DNA of 64,000 bases from Pecten maximus (Eukaryota): positions 40,114,001 through 40,178,000 of the forward strand of contig NC_047025.1 of assembly GCF_902652985.1 (NCBI RefSeq). Reading direction: 5' to 3'. A model generated the notes under the pieces. It saw only the letters and a list, made by a program, of their open reading frames with translations. It searched no databases and had not been told where the DNA came from. The position numbers were made by a program, and so were the translations under genes. Each line of letters begins with the position of its first letter. The first letter of the stretch is position 1. Positions 26,701 through 39,463 of this stretch are shown one piece after another.

Positions 26701-29054
26701 CCAAACTCCGGATGGGCCCAGGTCACTCGCCACACAGATCCACTGTGTGTCTGTACAACAAATGTTTCCTTTTTTTATTTAGAAAATAACTCATTTTCTT
26801 ATCCATTTGGATTACTTCTGATTATTCTGTAAATTTGTAGGTGTATAGAGAATGGACCTAATCTACCTGTACAGGTACATTGTATGTAAATTCTGTTTGT
26901 AACAAATCATTTTTTTAAATATTGATGTCATTATTTACCTAAAGCAGAGTTATATAACCTTACTTGTATAACATGGAAGCAAATTAATCAAATCTGTATT
27001 TTTTATAGGCTGATAAATAACAATCATTTCAGTACGACAACACTTGAGATATCTGAATAGCTTACCCTCCAACTCGCTGTGCAGTTCCACTGGCCATCTT
27101 CACCGAGATCCCAAACCTAAAGTACACAATTACAAGTGTAATAGACTCACAGGACTGTAATATCAATGCATTAACTTTTAAGTGTTTTATAATGAAACAA
27201 AAACAATTTATATTAGCAATATCAAAATCTATTAGTACTATGTATTATGTATTACAATCTGCGGTGTGGAAGTTGAATTAACCTTAAACAGAATTTTAAT
27301 TGATTTAGATTGGCTTGTTATTTTTTTTAAGATATGGAAACTCTGAAAATTAAAGGAGATCCTTGAGTTTTTTTCTATCTCCCTGGAGATGGTAAACCAG
27401 ATGCAATTAATTTCCAACTAAATATGTTTTGATGACACATAGGAAGTCAAGAAATCATCAAATAGGCAAGCATAATGAGAAATAACCTGCTTCTTCATGT
27501 TTCATTAAGATAAAGGGAACTTTGTTTTCACATCAGTTGTGATTGGTGTTATTATCTATGTGGTAACCTGAAGTCTCCACTTTACTTAGCACTACCCCCT
27601 CCTTTCATTCTTTTCTTTTAAAGACAACCATCATATGATTATCCTAAAAATAAATAAATGTTGATGTGCATTTCCCCCAAAGTCGTTATGTTTTGTGACA
27701 CCTTATATAATTAGCCGCTTGATAGGATGTAGCCTAGTCACATGATGCACACTAAGCGATTGAAAAAGGTGCCGAAAGACGTCAGTAAGTAAGAAAAAGT
27801 TAGCTTTAAATTAACAACACAGGACGAGGTCACTGCTACAGGGAAAAAAATGACAAGCCTGCCGAATTCACATGTATAGCGTCCACCAGTACGCCAAAAT
27901 ATTTGGAAGGTTAACTTGAGCATATTGAACAAGTTTCTGCCTTGGAAGATTAAGTATTAAAGGCTCACTCTAATCATGAAGATGTACCAGGAGATCAAGG
28001 TAATTCTATATCTACAAGTGAAACATTTCCTAACCATGATAAATATAATGCTGCAAAGTGTGCAACTATCAAGTAGGAACAAAAATACAAATGGATATAT
28101 CATATATAGCTCTCTCATTACATGCGTTACATGTGCAAAACATGTGCAATGTTTGCCCTAGGATCAGGGTCTGAACAACCGGAGTTTGTTATTAAAGGAG
28201 TGGAACTTGGTAGAGAGTAATCACACAGATGTATCAGTGTATAAACTTTTTGATTTAACATAAATGGGCTGTCAACAGTATACTCAGTTGTAATGCAGCG
28301 GAACTGAACTGGATGAACGCTGGCGACCAAGTAGCCCAATTGGTAGAGCATCCGGCTAGTGTTCGAACCTTGGTCTGGCCATGCATTTTGCCTCTCCATG
28401 CATGCAATTACAATACTAAAGGTCTCCGGCTATTTTTTGGTTTTGATGCCAACCGAAATTTAACAACTGAACCATATATACTAAAATATAAAAAATAAAA
28501 AAACGACATTGTTTATATTCGTGAAAGTTGTTTAAATACCATGTCTGGTAGGTTGTCGTACCCGATCATTTTGCGGCGCACATGCGACTTTGTGTATTTG
28601 ACACATCAACAGGTAAATTGTTTTGAAGTAGCTGAATTCAGCTATCGAAAGTTGCTATGTTTAGCTAGAGTAGCTGAAATCAGCAATATAGCTGAAATCA
28701 GCTATATAGCTGAAAATGGCAGATTTCCCCAACCTGTTAAATTGGTTGATGGGAGTTCCCAACTATTACACTAATGAAGGAAGCATTGGACACATGCACA
28801 ATCATATGCTTCTTTTCAAAATACTCAATAAAGGGGAATGCAGTATCTTAAACATACTGAATCTATGTCTAACGCCAAGGTGTTAATCATATGTTTTATA
28901 CAAAACGAAACTAGATATCCAATGCTGTAGGTATGCTTTGTACCTTCACCGTTTGGTCACTTGAACATGTCGCCATGCGATTTCCGTGAAAGTCGTATGA
29001 TACATCATGAATAAGATCTTTATGTTCAGCTGGAATTTGTCGTGTTACAAACAT
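14774..29054 (-). CDS. SEH1L: Nucleoporin SEH1 (WD40; Nup107-160 and GATOR2 subunit), 9 coding exons, ~375 aa
   Basis: Exons (minus): 29054-28944 [37 protein letters not shown]; 27116-27066 [17 protein letters not shown]; 26750-26529 [34 protein letters not shown]...[11 protein letters not shown]; 20755-20625 [25 protein letters not shown]...; 18996-18904 [12 protein letters not shown]...; 17549-17409 KWVKVET...[23 protein letters not shown]; 16892-16802; 15698-15620 [26 protein letters not shown]; 14982-14774 [17 protein letters not shown]...VAWH*. All introns are GT-AG, phases are consistent, total 1128 nt. Motifs are recognisable SEH1 hallmarks. Confidence 0.96.
15703..16665. repeat. 19-bp minisatellite, ~50 copies, in SEH1L intron 7
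   Basis: Unit catcaactgtcaaacacga. Confidence 0.95.
17708..18812. repeat. 37-41-bp minisatellite, ~29 copies, in SEH1L intron 5
   Basis: Unit attcatcaaacagactatctctccctgtctcacaatt, with variable CT tract. Confidence 0.95.
19137..20619. repeat. 30-bp CpG-rich minisatellite, ~49 copies, in SEH1L intron 4
   Basis: Unit ggaaact(a/g)tcggtac(a/g)taccggacgtagga. Confidence 0.96.
21558..22390. repeat. 33-bp minisatellite, ~25 copies (duplication copy A)
   Basis: Unit tgtgggatcgtgtactgtcatacattcctatgg. Confidence 0.96.
22675..22896 (-). CDS. SEH1L: Duplicate copy of SEH1L exon 3 (222 nt, intact splice sites)
   Basis: Same 74-aa peptide as 26750-26529. Synonymous difference CGG vs CGA. AG acceptor and GTGAG donor intact. 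Confidence 0.85.
23207..23257 (-). CDS. SEH1L: Duplicate copy of SEH1L exon 2 (51 nt, intact splice sites)
   Basis: Same peptide [17 protein letters not shown] as 27116-27066. One synonymous difference (CTT vs CTC). AG acceptor and GTAAG donor intact. Confidence 0.85.
24924..26245. repeat. 33-bp minisatellite, ~40 copies (duplication copy B)
   Basis: Same unit as 21558-22390. Confidence 0.96.
28289..28412 (+). mobile_element. tRNA-derived repeat bounded by TG...CA (solo terminal repeat or SINE head)
   Basis: TGTAATGCA...tagcccaattggtagagc (A box)...gttcgaacc (B box)...TGCAATTACA. Confidence 0.45.
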
Positions 29055-29059
29055 GGTAT

Positions 29060-29400
29060 TAATAAATGAAAATATTCAAAGTAATTAAAATCTAAAGTAG
29101 AGCTTCCAAGTTCAACATCACACGTTTGGTTCTTCCATCTTCGCTCTTCGCGGCCCTTCAGCTGCTTGTGATGTAATCGAGCTGTTGATTGGTTTGTGCG
29201 TTATAACTCATCCAATCATATGACATTTTAGAAAACATGTTCGGGACGAAAACGGAAGCACTGCACGGAGAGATCGAAGGAGGATTTAGATAGCAATCTT
29301 TTTTGTAAATTTTCCTATTGGCGGGACAATAATTTTTACATATCGGATATGCTGTTTTGTTGACGAAGATACTCCTAATTCATTTTTATAACTGATAGGT
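29060..29400. promoter_or_regulatory. Probable bidirectional promoter for SEH1L and NEURL2, including a putative non-coding first exon of NEURL2 ending at 29398
   Basis: Locally CpG-rich. Opposed CCAAT boxes (ATTGG 29188, CCAAT 29212), ETS-like CGGAAG 29253, E2F-like TTGGCGGGA 29318. Strong plus-strand donor AG|GTAAGA at 29398/29399 pairs with the acceptor before 32617. Confidence 0.6.
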
Positions 29401-31791
29401 AAGATTGGTGATAGCTCAATATCGACTGCTTTGTACTGCTGGTTGATAGATTATTGTTTTCGTCGAGTTTTAAAGAGACTGGTTTTGTCCCTGTACCATT
29501 ATGTCTAATGTGACACGCAAAACATTACCATGAAATTAAAGTGTATGTTAAGCCGAATACAGTTCGATATAACGTTCTGAATACATATACCGACTAGGCC
29601 TATATCAGACTTGAAGGTGAAACAGGATGGAAGTTTGGACCTATGATGAATAGTATTAGTAACAGAATGATGTAGTTTTATAGTGTTTACTGCACAGTTG
29701 AGGTAATTGTCAATTAATGATATAAAGTGAAGAGTAAAGAGTCGACTCTTAGATCCACCAAAGTACAAACCACGTTGGCGCTACTCTTCGCACTTAATAA
29801 TATTAAGGTTCAATAACACGCCCCCTACAAATATCGGGTGTCATGGATTCAGTACATTGTAATAATTTACATAACATTCACATGCAAAGTATACAAATAC
29901 AAAAATCAATTGTTGGTCTTCACTTTAGAGTGATGTACTATTTTAAGACAACAGCAGATATATATGGTAAACCTCCGGTTTTTCAATAAAAACAGTAATT
30001 TTCTAAATAGTGTCAGTTTGAACTGATCTGACTGCTTATAACTGACCCTATTTCGGATAGTAAGAATTGGTCAATTGAAGAACGTAAAGTTATTTTTTGG
30101 CAAACTCCATTAAAAGCATGTGGCGAGTCGATTCTTTTATTTACTTTGAAAAAAAATAATGCATGAGACAATTAACTGATTGCAACTTTATAAGGCCCAG
30201 ACAATGTATAAGTAGTATTCAATATATCAGTACTATTTGTGCTGAATCAGAATGGCAAACTAAGAAATCATTTGTGTATTGTCAAAAATAGTGTTAAGTA
30301 GCATGTTGATTATTTAATTGCAACTGGATATCTCCTCAATATTGCTATTCAAGATATAGGCAGGCCATGTGCCAGATGTTGCTCCCGGTAAATTGAAAAG
30401 ATCGGCCACTCGGTCATGCCGAGTGACTTGATAGCATTCATGTCCAGTCAAAATAATGCACAGGTATCCCAGTAAGCTATTGGTAATTTTGAAGATATCA
30501 AGTAAGTTTAGTAGATATATAATTACCACTGGGCAATTTAAGAGCAGACATGTTGATGTTCTGACCTAATTTTACTAACATATAGTTGGACCTATATTTA
30601 CAGTAGCGTGTACACACAATTTATAGGTTATGTAGAGTAAGTTTTCAATAAATTAAATGGACCATTCATTATGAGGTAATGTATTCAATAGTTTCTGATT
30701 GTAATAAAACATCTAACCATCTGGAGGCTCAACATTGTCTCTAATACAAGGTAGATTATATATAGCTAACTTTTGTGAAATGTGTATGGCTCATCTATAG
30801 CTACACAATGACCGAGATGCTGATAAGGATCATTATTGCCATGAAATGAAGAAAGTTTAATGATCAATTAACATTGAATTTAATGATTACTATGATTTTA
30901 CTCATTCATAAATGTGCCATTGTTCAGGCCTTCTTAAGTTCATTGTTATGTATCAAATTTAATTAGATATGCTAGGTATATATTTGTGTCTTTTAATTTA
31001 TACATTTTCCGAGATTTTTGTCGATATTGACACGACTAGTCCGAACTTGCACTATTTTCTAAAGCATAGTTTTGTAGAATTCATCAATATTTATTTGATT
31101 TTGTTCTGTTCATTGTATAACACTAGGGATTTTTCTACAAAGACCTACTAAGGTATCTCTTGTAAAATAAAAAACAGCTATAGATAACAAAATAAAATAA
31201 ATAATAATATATAAAGGCAATGTTCATCAAAGAAAACTGAAATTTGTATGAATTTCACTATTTTTTGTTTTTCCCAATGTCACATTTTGTCGTGTAGAAA
31301 TTCCCAATTCTATAGACCTGGACCCAGTTGAAAAACTGTAGGAAAATCCTTGAACACTTCAATTCAAGTATTGTAGGTCCCCCACTGCAAGGTGAACTAT
31401 AGTAATAGTTTTGCATTTTGCTGGAATCTTCATACATGGGGCTTGAGTGAGCTGTCTCAAGTATCAAAAGTAGGTCACACAAAAGTAGGTTACACTGACC
31501 TACGTCATCTTGACTTTGATCTACATCAAAGAAAAAGTTTGTCAAAACTTATTTCCTAATTATAACATATCCCTGGAACTTCATACTTGGGGCACAAGTT
31601 CACTTTGGTGAGATGTTGCTCATGTGATGTGTATCAAATGTGTCCAGGCTCTATCATCTTCAATACTTGTTACTGGAATTCTAAACTTGGGGTACAGGTT
31701 CACCTTGGTGAGGCGATATATGTTATGTATCAAAAGTATGTCACTCTGATTTATATCTTTATCTTTGACCCACATGTACAGTTGCCCTGCA

Positions 31792-32325
31792 GGTAGGGCG
31801 TAAGAATTGTACCTGCTGCCCCCCATTGCATGATCGTAAGAGGCGACTAAATTTGGGATCTGATCGTTTCTCTTCTTTCTTAACAACTTTCTTCTTCCTA
31901 ATGTCTCCCTTGACAATGCCTCACTTTTGGCCTTTAGTTGAGCGTTCGCCCCTGTGAGGAAGGCTTTGGGTTCTGTTCCCTGGCCGAGACATACCAGAGT
32001 CTTTAAAAATGGTAGTTGCTACTCCTGCTTAGTGCTCAGCATATTTGGAGTGGGAACGACTGGTCCGCCCATTGTCAGTATAATGTGACCAGGGTGGGGT
32101 GTGCTGCTGGGTGCCTTCGGCAGTATGCTTCAGTGAGGTAGCACTTCAAATCGGCAAAAGTTCCGACCTATCACAAGGAGACTTAACACGAACATACCGC
32201 AGCCTCCCAAAACACTCATACGCACTCGCCACATGCATGCATGTCGCACGCACGGGAGCTCGAGGCTGTCCTTAAATGACCTTAGCTGTTAATAGGACGT
32301 TAAACAAAATAAACCAAACCAAACC
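31792..32325 (+). mobile_element. SINE, near full length
   Basis: Degenerate A/B-box head near 31930-31990, central aaaaatggtagttgct..cctgcttagtgctcagcat domain, and tail ccttaaatgaccttagctgttaataggacgttaaac(aaacc)n. Other copies at 9763-9950 and 55846-56016. Confidence 0.8.
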
Positions 32326-32629
32326 AATTGACCCACAAATTCTTCATTCATGCATTCTAATCTTGACATATAATTTCACAACCTAAAGGGGACATCAATA
32401 TCGTGTAATCTGAAGTGCATTAGAGATAATGCGCTATGTAAATGTTGCATATCACTTACAGTTTTACACTTTGGGGAAGATGCATGGATGTAAAATGAGT
32501 AAGGATAACGTAATCTTTGAGTATTTGGTATTCTGATATATATATATATATGGCCTTTGAATGTACATAATACATATGCAGTAGACATGTGCATTTATTC
32601 TTTTTCTTTTTTGCAGACATGACAGCAAG

Positions 32630-34834
32630 ATGCCAGTGACAAAATTCCACCCTTACCATGGACAAAACATTCGTCTTCTCCATGACAACATGGTGGCCTA
32701 TAGAGAGACCAGTTTTGCACATGCCCTGACCTTCAGTGAGAAAGCTCTAAAGCCTGGAGAAATATTTCTTGTTGAAATAGAAAAAAATGAGTTAGGATGG
32801 AGCGGACATATGAGGATAGGTCTAACACAATTTGACCCTAGTTGCAAATTTGAACTACCACAATATGCACTACCAGATCTTCAAAATATGGGAAAATCAT
32901 GGATTTTTGCCGTAACAAAGTCACATAATAAAGTGGTTTACTCCGAGGCTGGAGACTCTGACAGTTTGGATAGGGAGATTCACCAGTCGGTGTTGGGGGA
33001 TGCTGAGGTGATACACACACCCCAAGGCTCCTTCAGTAGGAGTCTACTACTCCCTCTCCGTAAACTTCTTTCTAATAATTACGACACTTCCGTTAGTACA
33101 TCTTCCTCAGAAAGTGCTCTTCCAACAGACATTGGTAGTAGGATTGGAATCATGTATCGTGTGGTGGGAGAGACTGCAGAAATGAGGTTTATCATTAATG
33201 GTGAAGATCAGGGACCATGTGCGAGAAATATTCCCCACCAGGGGGGACCACTTTATGCAGTAGTAGACGTCTATGGTACCACAAAACAAGTGAGGATAAT
33301 ACAGCTGTATTGTGGTAAGTAAATATCTTACATGTGAAACAAGATTTAGGTAATGGTGACGTCCAATTAAAAGTTATTTTAGGGAGCTCAAGTCTGGTAT
33401 GGTGATCACCTAACTTTAAGTTTGTCCGGACAACTCCTCCTGAACTAAATGGCCAATTTCAATGAAACTTCACACAAATATAGAGGACCATGTGTAGATG
33501 TGCATGCCACTTTCTTTTCTTTCAAAATTATGGTTGCTATGACAACTGGTCACTATAAACAGGTTTTCTGATAAGAACCATAACTTTACGTTTGTCCGGA
33601 CAACTCCTCCTAAACCGATGGGCCGATTTCAATGAAACTTCACACAAATATAGAGGACCATGTGTAGATGTGCAGGCCACTTTATTTTTCACAAAATTAT
33701 GGTTGCTATGGCAACTGGTCACTATAAACAGGTTTTCCGATAAGAACCATAACTTTAAGTTTGTTCGGACAACTCCTCCTAAACTAAATGGCCAATTTCA
33801 ATGAAACTTCACACAAATATAGAGAACGGTGTGTAGATGTGCATGCCACTTTCTTTTTTTTCAAAATTATGGTTGCTATGACAACTGGTCACTATAAACA
33901 GGTTTTCTGATAAGAACCATAACTTTACGTTTGTCCGGACAACTCCTCCTAAACCGATGGGCCGATTTCAATGAAACTTCACACAAATATAGAGGACCAT
34001 GTGTAGATGTGCAGCCAGGCCACTTTATTTTTCACAAAATTATGGTTGCTATGACAACTGGTCACTATAAACAGGTTTTCCGATAAGAACCATAACTTTA
34101 AGTTTGTTCGGACAACTCCTCCTAAACTAAATGGACAATTTCAATGAAACTTCACACAAATATAGAGAACGGTGTGTAGATGTGCATGCCACTTTCTTTT
34201 TTTTTCAAAATTATGGTTGCTATGACAACTGGTCACTATAAACAGGTTTTCTGATAAGAACCATAACTTTACGTTTGTCCTGACAACTCCTCCTAAACTA
34301 AATGGCCAATTTCAATGAAACTTCACACAAATATAGAGGACCATGTGTAGATGTGCATGCCACTTTCTTTTTTTTCAAAATTATGGTTGCTATGGCAACT
34401 GGTCACTATATTACTGGGTTATCTTAGTTAGCCTCTAATTAACAGTTTCAATTCACCATTGCCTCGTGCAGATTGTGGGGGTATTAGTCAGCCATCCTGG
34501 CGAAAGTTCTAGTTAATTGTAAGACCCTGCACACACTTCAATCCGGGCCAACAAGCATGGTTAATATAAATTGATACAATTTGTTTTGCAATTGTTGTAA
34601 AATGAATAAAATTTACATTTGCTTATTAAATATGATAATTATGCATTGAGTTTTTCTTATGCAGCTGCATGTCTGCTTTAAGATTACTGAAACACTCACA
34701 AGTACTTTCTTTTTACAGTGTCCTCACTTCAAAATGCGTGCAGAGACCGAATTCTCCAGTTGACTAAGGAAGAAGACGTTACAAATCTACCATTGCCAAT
34801 GAAACTGAAACAATTTCTGCGATATGAACTATAG
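32630..34834 (+). CDS. NEURL2: Neuralized-like protein 2 (NHR domain plus C-terminal SOCS box; Cullin-RING E3 adaptor), 266 aa
   Basis: Exon 32630-33314: [16 protein letters not shown]...[40 protein letters not shown]...INGEDQGP...[21 protein letters not shown] (single NHR). GT-AG intron, then exon 34719-34834 (V)[12 protein letters not shown]...[15 protein letters not shown] (SOCS box). Total 801 nt. Confidence 0.93.
33415..34512. mobile_element. Element with ~181-bp internal tandem repeats (~5.5 copies) and a CTAGT end, Helitron/Helentron-like, in the NEURL2 coding intron
   Basis: Unit aactttaagtttgtccggacaactcctcctaaa...ggtcactataaacaggttttctgataagaaccat. Ends gccatcctggc...ttctagtt. Reverse-orientation copies at 21034-21345 and 24361-24710. 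Confidence 0.7.
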
Positions 34835-35949
34835 CACTACATTTGTACCTTATACTACATCTGTCTGTAACAGATTGTTGTGTGATATTATAAATTATAT
34901 TTATGTACATGTACAGCATTGCGATAAGTTGCCTTGAATTTCGATAGTCCTAGGTACGGTATTAATTATCAGAGAAAAATATCTTAATGACCTTCTGTAT
35001 ACGAGTCATAGGCATATGTAGTTTTGTGTGTTGTTTTGATATATTTAGAATACTTTTGACTGTAATTAACATAAAAACTAATTTACAAAGCTGAAAAAAA
35101 ATCTATGAGCCACAAGTAAAATGATTTCTGTTTTGTTAATCTATATATATATTTAACATGTATGTCAACTTAATAAAATATTACAAATACAGCTTCACCC
35201 ATGCCATAGAGCTACTAAATACGATTCATTGTGTATAATGAATGTTGGACAGAGACTGGACAATGGAGACAATATTGATTGTTACACATTATGTATACCC
35301 TGTATCTATTTATTAAACAGTTAATTTGGGTAGCTGTGGTTAAAGGCTAATCCAGCCAAATATCTACAGGATTCCAGGTTTATCGCGAATCACCAACAGA
35401 TGTAATTTAATTGAAACAGTACCATGGGATAAAATCCTATGTCCACCATGTCAAGAATTTCTTGATTTTTTCCTGTAATAGTCCTCATCAAAATCTTTCA
35501 TATAAAACATTACATTTATTGAGTTGACTAACTTCAGTACTAAACAGAGGGAGCATGTTCACACTTTAGGATGTTGGTTTTAATTTTGATATGGGTTATC
35601 CTCATTTGATGGTGTTGAATTATAGTTTGGGTAGAAGTTTCTATCCACAATTAAGTGTTTTTCGTTCAATTGTTTGACAAAACAGTGTAAATTTAGCAGC
35701 TACTTTTTTGTATTTTAGGTTTTTTGTGCATTTAAGTTTTAGTGGTGTGCAAGAAAGAGAAAATACAGTGGTCCAAAAATAGAATCGGAGTTCAAGGACA
35801 TTTATCAAGATATTTTCTGAGTGGTCTTGTTTGTTTGAATAGTACATGAGCAAGATGAATGATTTTATAGGAAATAATAATTTTGGAAGTTTCATTTGAC
35901 ATAGGCATTAGAGTAAACCATCTATACCCAGTGGTACATGTGTAAATGT

Positions 35950-38662
35950 TGAGTGTGTGTGATACAGGCTGTATAACAGATCACATGTGGAGTGTGTGAT
36001 ACAGGCTGTAACAGATTGCCTGTGAAGTGTGTGATACAGGCTGTATAGCAGATCACATGTGGAGTGTGTGTGATACAGGCTGTAACAGATCACTTGTGGA
36101 GTGTGTGATACAGGCTGTAACATATCACATGTGGAGCATGTGATACAGGCTGTAACAGATTGCCTGTGGAGTGTGTGATACAGGCTGTAACAGATCGCAT
36201 GTGGAGTGTGTGATACAGGCTGTAACAGATCACTTGTGGAGTGTGTGATACAGGCTGTAACAGATCGCATGTGGATTGTGTGATACAGGCTGTAACAGAT
36301 CACATGTGGAATGTGTGATACAGGCTGTAACAGATCGCCTGTGGAGTGTGTGATACAGGCTATAACAGATTGCCTGTGGAGTGTGTGATACAGGCTGTAA
36401 CAGATTGCCTGTGGAGTGTGTGATACAGGCTGTAACAGATCGCATGTGGAGTGTGTGATACAGGCTGTAACAGATCGCATGTGGAGTGTATGATACAGGC
36501 TGTAACAGATCACATGTGGAGTGTGTGATACAGGCTGTAACAGATTGCTTGTGGAATGTGTGATACAGGCTGTAACAGATTGCTTGTGGAATGTGTGATA
36601 CAGGCTGTAACAGATCACATGTGGAGTGTGTGATACAGGCTGTAACAGATTGCTTGTGGAATGTGTGATACAGGCTGTAACAGATCACTTGTGGAGTGTG
36701 TGATACAGGCTGTAACAGATTGCCTGTGGAGTGTGTGATTGATGCTGTAATAGATCACCTGTGGAGTGTGTGATACAGGCTGTAACAGATCACTTGTGGA
36801 CTGTGTGATACAGGCTGTATAGCAGATCACCTGTGGATTGTGTGATACAGGCTGTAACAGATCACTTGTGGACTGTGTGATACAGGCTGTAACAGATTGC
36901 CTGTGGACTGTGTGATACAGGCTGTAACAGATCATTTGTGGAGTGTGTGATACAGGCTGTAACAGATCACATGTGGAGTGTGTGATACAGGCTGTATAGC
37001 AGATCTAGATCACCTGTGGAGTGTGTGATACAGGCTGTAACAGATTGCCTGTGGAGTGTGTGATACAGGCTGTAACAGATTGCCTGTGGAGTGTGTGATA
37101 CAGGCTGTAACAGATCACTTGTGGAGTGTGTGATACAGGCTGTAACAGATCACATGTGGAGTGTGTGATACAGGCTGTATAGCAGATCTAGATCACCTGT
37201 GGAGTGTGTGATACAGGCTGTAACAGATTGCCTGTGGAGTGTGTGATACAGGCTGTATAGCTGATCACCTGTGGATTGTGTGATACAGGCTGTAACATAT
37301 CACATGTGGAGCATGTGATACAGGCTGTAACAGATTGCCTGTGGAGTGTGTGATACAGGCTGTAACAGATCACTTGTGGAGTGTGTGATACAGGCTGTAA
37401 CAGATCGCCTGTGGAGTGTGTGATACAGGCTGTATAGCAGATCACCTGTGGAGTGTGTGATACAGGCTGTTACATATCACATGTGGAGCATGTGATACAG
37501 GCTGTAACAGATTGCCTGTGGAGTGTGTGATACAGGCTGTAACAGATCGCATGTGGAGTGTGTGATACAGGCTGTAACAGATTGCTTGTGGAATGTGTGA
37601 TACAGGCTGTAACAGATTGCTTGTGGAATGTGTGATACAGGCTGTAACAGATCACATGTGGAGTGTGTGATACAGGCTGTAACAGATTGCTTGTGGAATG
37701 TGTGATACAGGCTGTAACAGATCACTTGTGGAGTGTGTGATACAGGCTGTAACAGATTGCCTGTGGAGTGTGTGATTGATGCTGTAATAGATCACCTGTG
37801 GAGTGTGTGATACAGGCTGTAACAGATCACTTGTGGAGTGTGTGATACAGGCTGTATAGCAGATCACCTGTGGATTGTGTGATACAGGCTGTAACAGATC
37901 ACTTGTGGACTGTGTGATACAGGCTGTAACAGATTGCCTGTGGAGTGTGTGATACAGGCTGTAACAGATCATTTGTGGAGTGTGTGATACAGGCTGTAAC
38001 AGATCACATGTGGAGTGTGTGATACAGGCTGTATAGCAGATCTAGATCACCTGTGGAGTGTGTGATACAGGCTGTAACAGATTGCCTGTGGAGTGTGTGA
38101 TACAGGCTGTAACAGATTGCCTGTGGAGTGTGTGATACAGGCTGTAACAGATCATTTGTGGAGTGTGTGATACAGGCTGTAACAGATCACATGTGGAGTG
38201 TGTGATACAGGCTGTATAGCAGATCTAGATCACCTGTGGAGTGTGTGATACAGGCTGTAACAGATTGCCTGTGGAGTGTGTGATACAGGCTGTATAGCTG
38301 ATCACCTGTGGATTGTGTGATACAGGCTGTAACAGATCACTTGTGGAGTGTGTGATACAGGCTGTAACAGATTGCCTGTGGATTGTGTGATACAGGCTGT
38401 AACAGATTGCCTGTGGAGTGTGTGATACAGGCTGTAACATATCACTTGTGGAGTGTGTGATACAGGCTGTAACAGATCACATGTGGAGTGTGTGATACAG
38501 GCTGTAACAGATTGCCTGTGGATTGTGTGATACAGGCTGTAACAGATTGCCTGTGGAGTGTGTGGTACAGGCTGTATAGCTGATCACCTATGGATTGTGT
38601 GATACAGGCTGTAACAGATCACATGTGGATTGTGTGATACAGGCTGTAACAGATCACTTGTG
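35950..38662. repeat. 35-bp satellite, ~76 copies
   Basis: Unit gtggagtgtgtgatacaggctgtaacagatcacat. Confidence 0.96.
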
Positions 38663-38999
38663 GGATAATGATCTCACAGAATAATACCATCTGACCATGT
38701 AATGATTCTTTAAAAATAAAATTAGTCAAAGACAATACAATTGTTTTCATTTTTACCCGGCGTCCAACAAAGTTGGGATGGAATCAACAAATGGGGTCTG
38801 CTCATGTCCATCTTATTCTGTCCAGAAGTGTCTTTCACTTCATTTTACAATTCCTATTACTTTATGAAATCGGGTTTGCAGTACCCATACAATATCTTTA
38901 AAACTATCTGTTGCGTCAAATTTAAGTGTTATAATTAATTACCATGAAAGTCAATATCAATACTTTATATTATCTTGTATATATCATCAGAGACATATA

Positions 39000-39463
39000 C
39001 AGTCAAACCTGCTCTAACAGCCACCTTGAATAAGCGGCGACCTCCCTTAAGCGGCCAGTCTGTGGTCCGCCCGATGGAAAACACTATATAATGAACCTTA
39101 AATAAGCGGTCACCTGTCTAACGCGGCCAACGGCCACAAAAATCTGCCCCGAGTCATTGTATCGTCCTGTATTAAGCGGCCATTTTCTCCGGAGTAAACA
39201 GCCGCCATGATCAAATGACCAGGTATTTTTATCAAATTCATGAAAACTTTGATCTTTGTTGGTTTTCATTTCAAAATATACTGTACATGGTATATTGTTA
39301 TCAATATCAATAAGTGCATTATTATATGATAAATTTAATAAAGTGTTGGAAAAAAGAATTAGGCAACAGACCGTTTCTGGCCAACCTGGTTTAAGCAGCC
39401 ACTTGTCTTAAGCAGCCAATATTTGTCGGTCCCTTGGGTGACCGCTTAATACAGGTTTGACTG
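39000..39463. mobile_element. Tc1/mariner-type MITE with TA target duplication
   Basis: ta-CAGTCAAACCTG ... CAGGTTTGACTG-ta, with internal taagcggcca subrepeats. Confidence 0.85.

Larger units (their letters stand above)
21034..28119. repeat. Tandem segmental duplication (copy A ~21034-24230, copy B ~24399-28119)
   Basis: Collinear near-identical sequence including the 33-bp satellite and SEH1L exons 2-3, with scattered SNPs and small indels. Confidence 0.95.

Noticed and set aside
22612-26735. Two separate SEH1-like paralogous genes
   Set aside because: Only exons 2-3 are duplicated; there is a single start exon and a single set of downstream exons.
35908-38440. Cys/His-rich ORFs resembling zinc fingers
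   Set aside because: Translations of a 35-bp satellite that cycles through frames.
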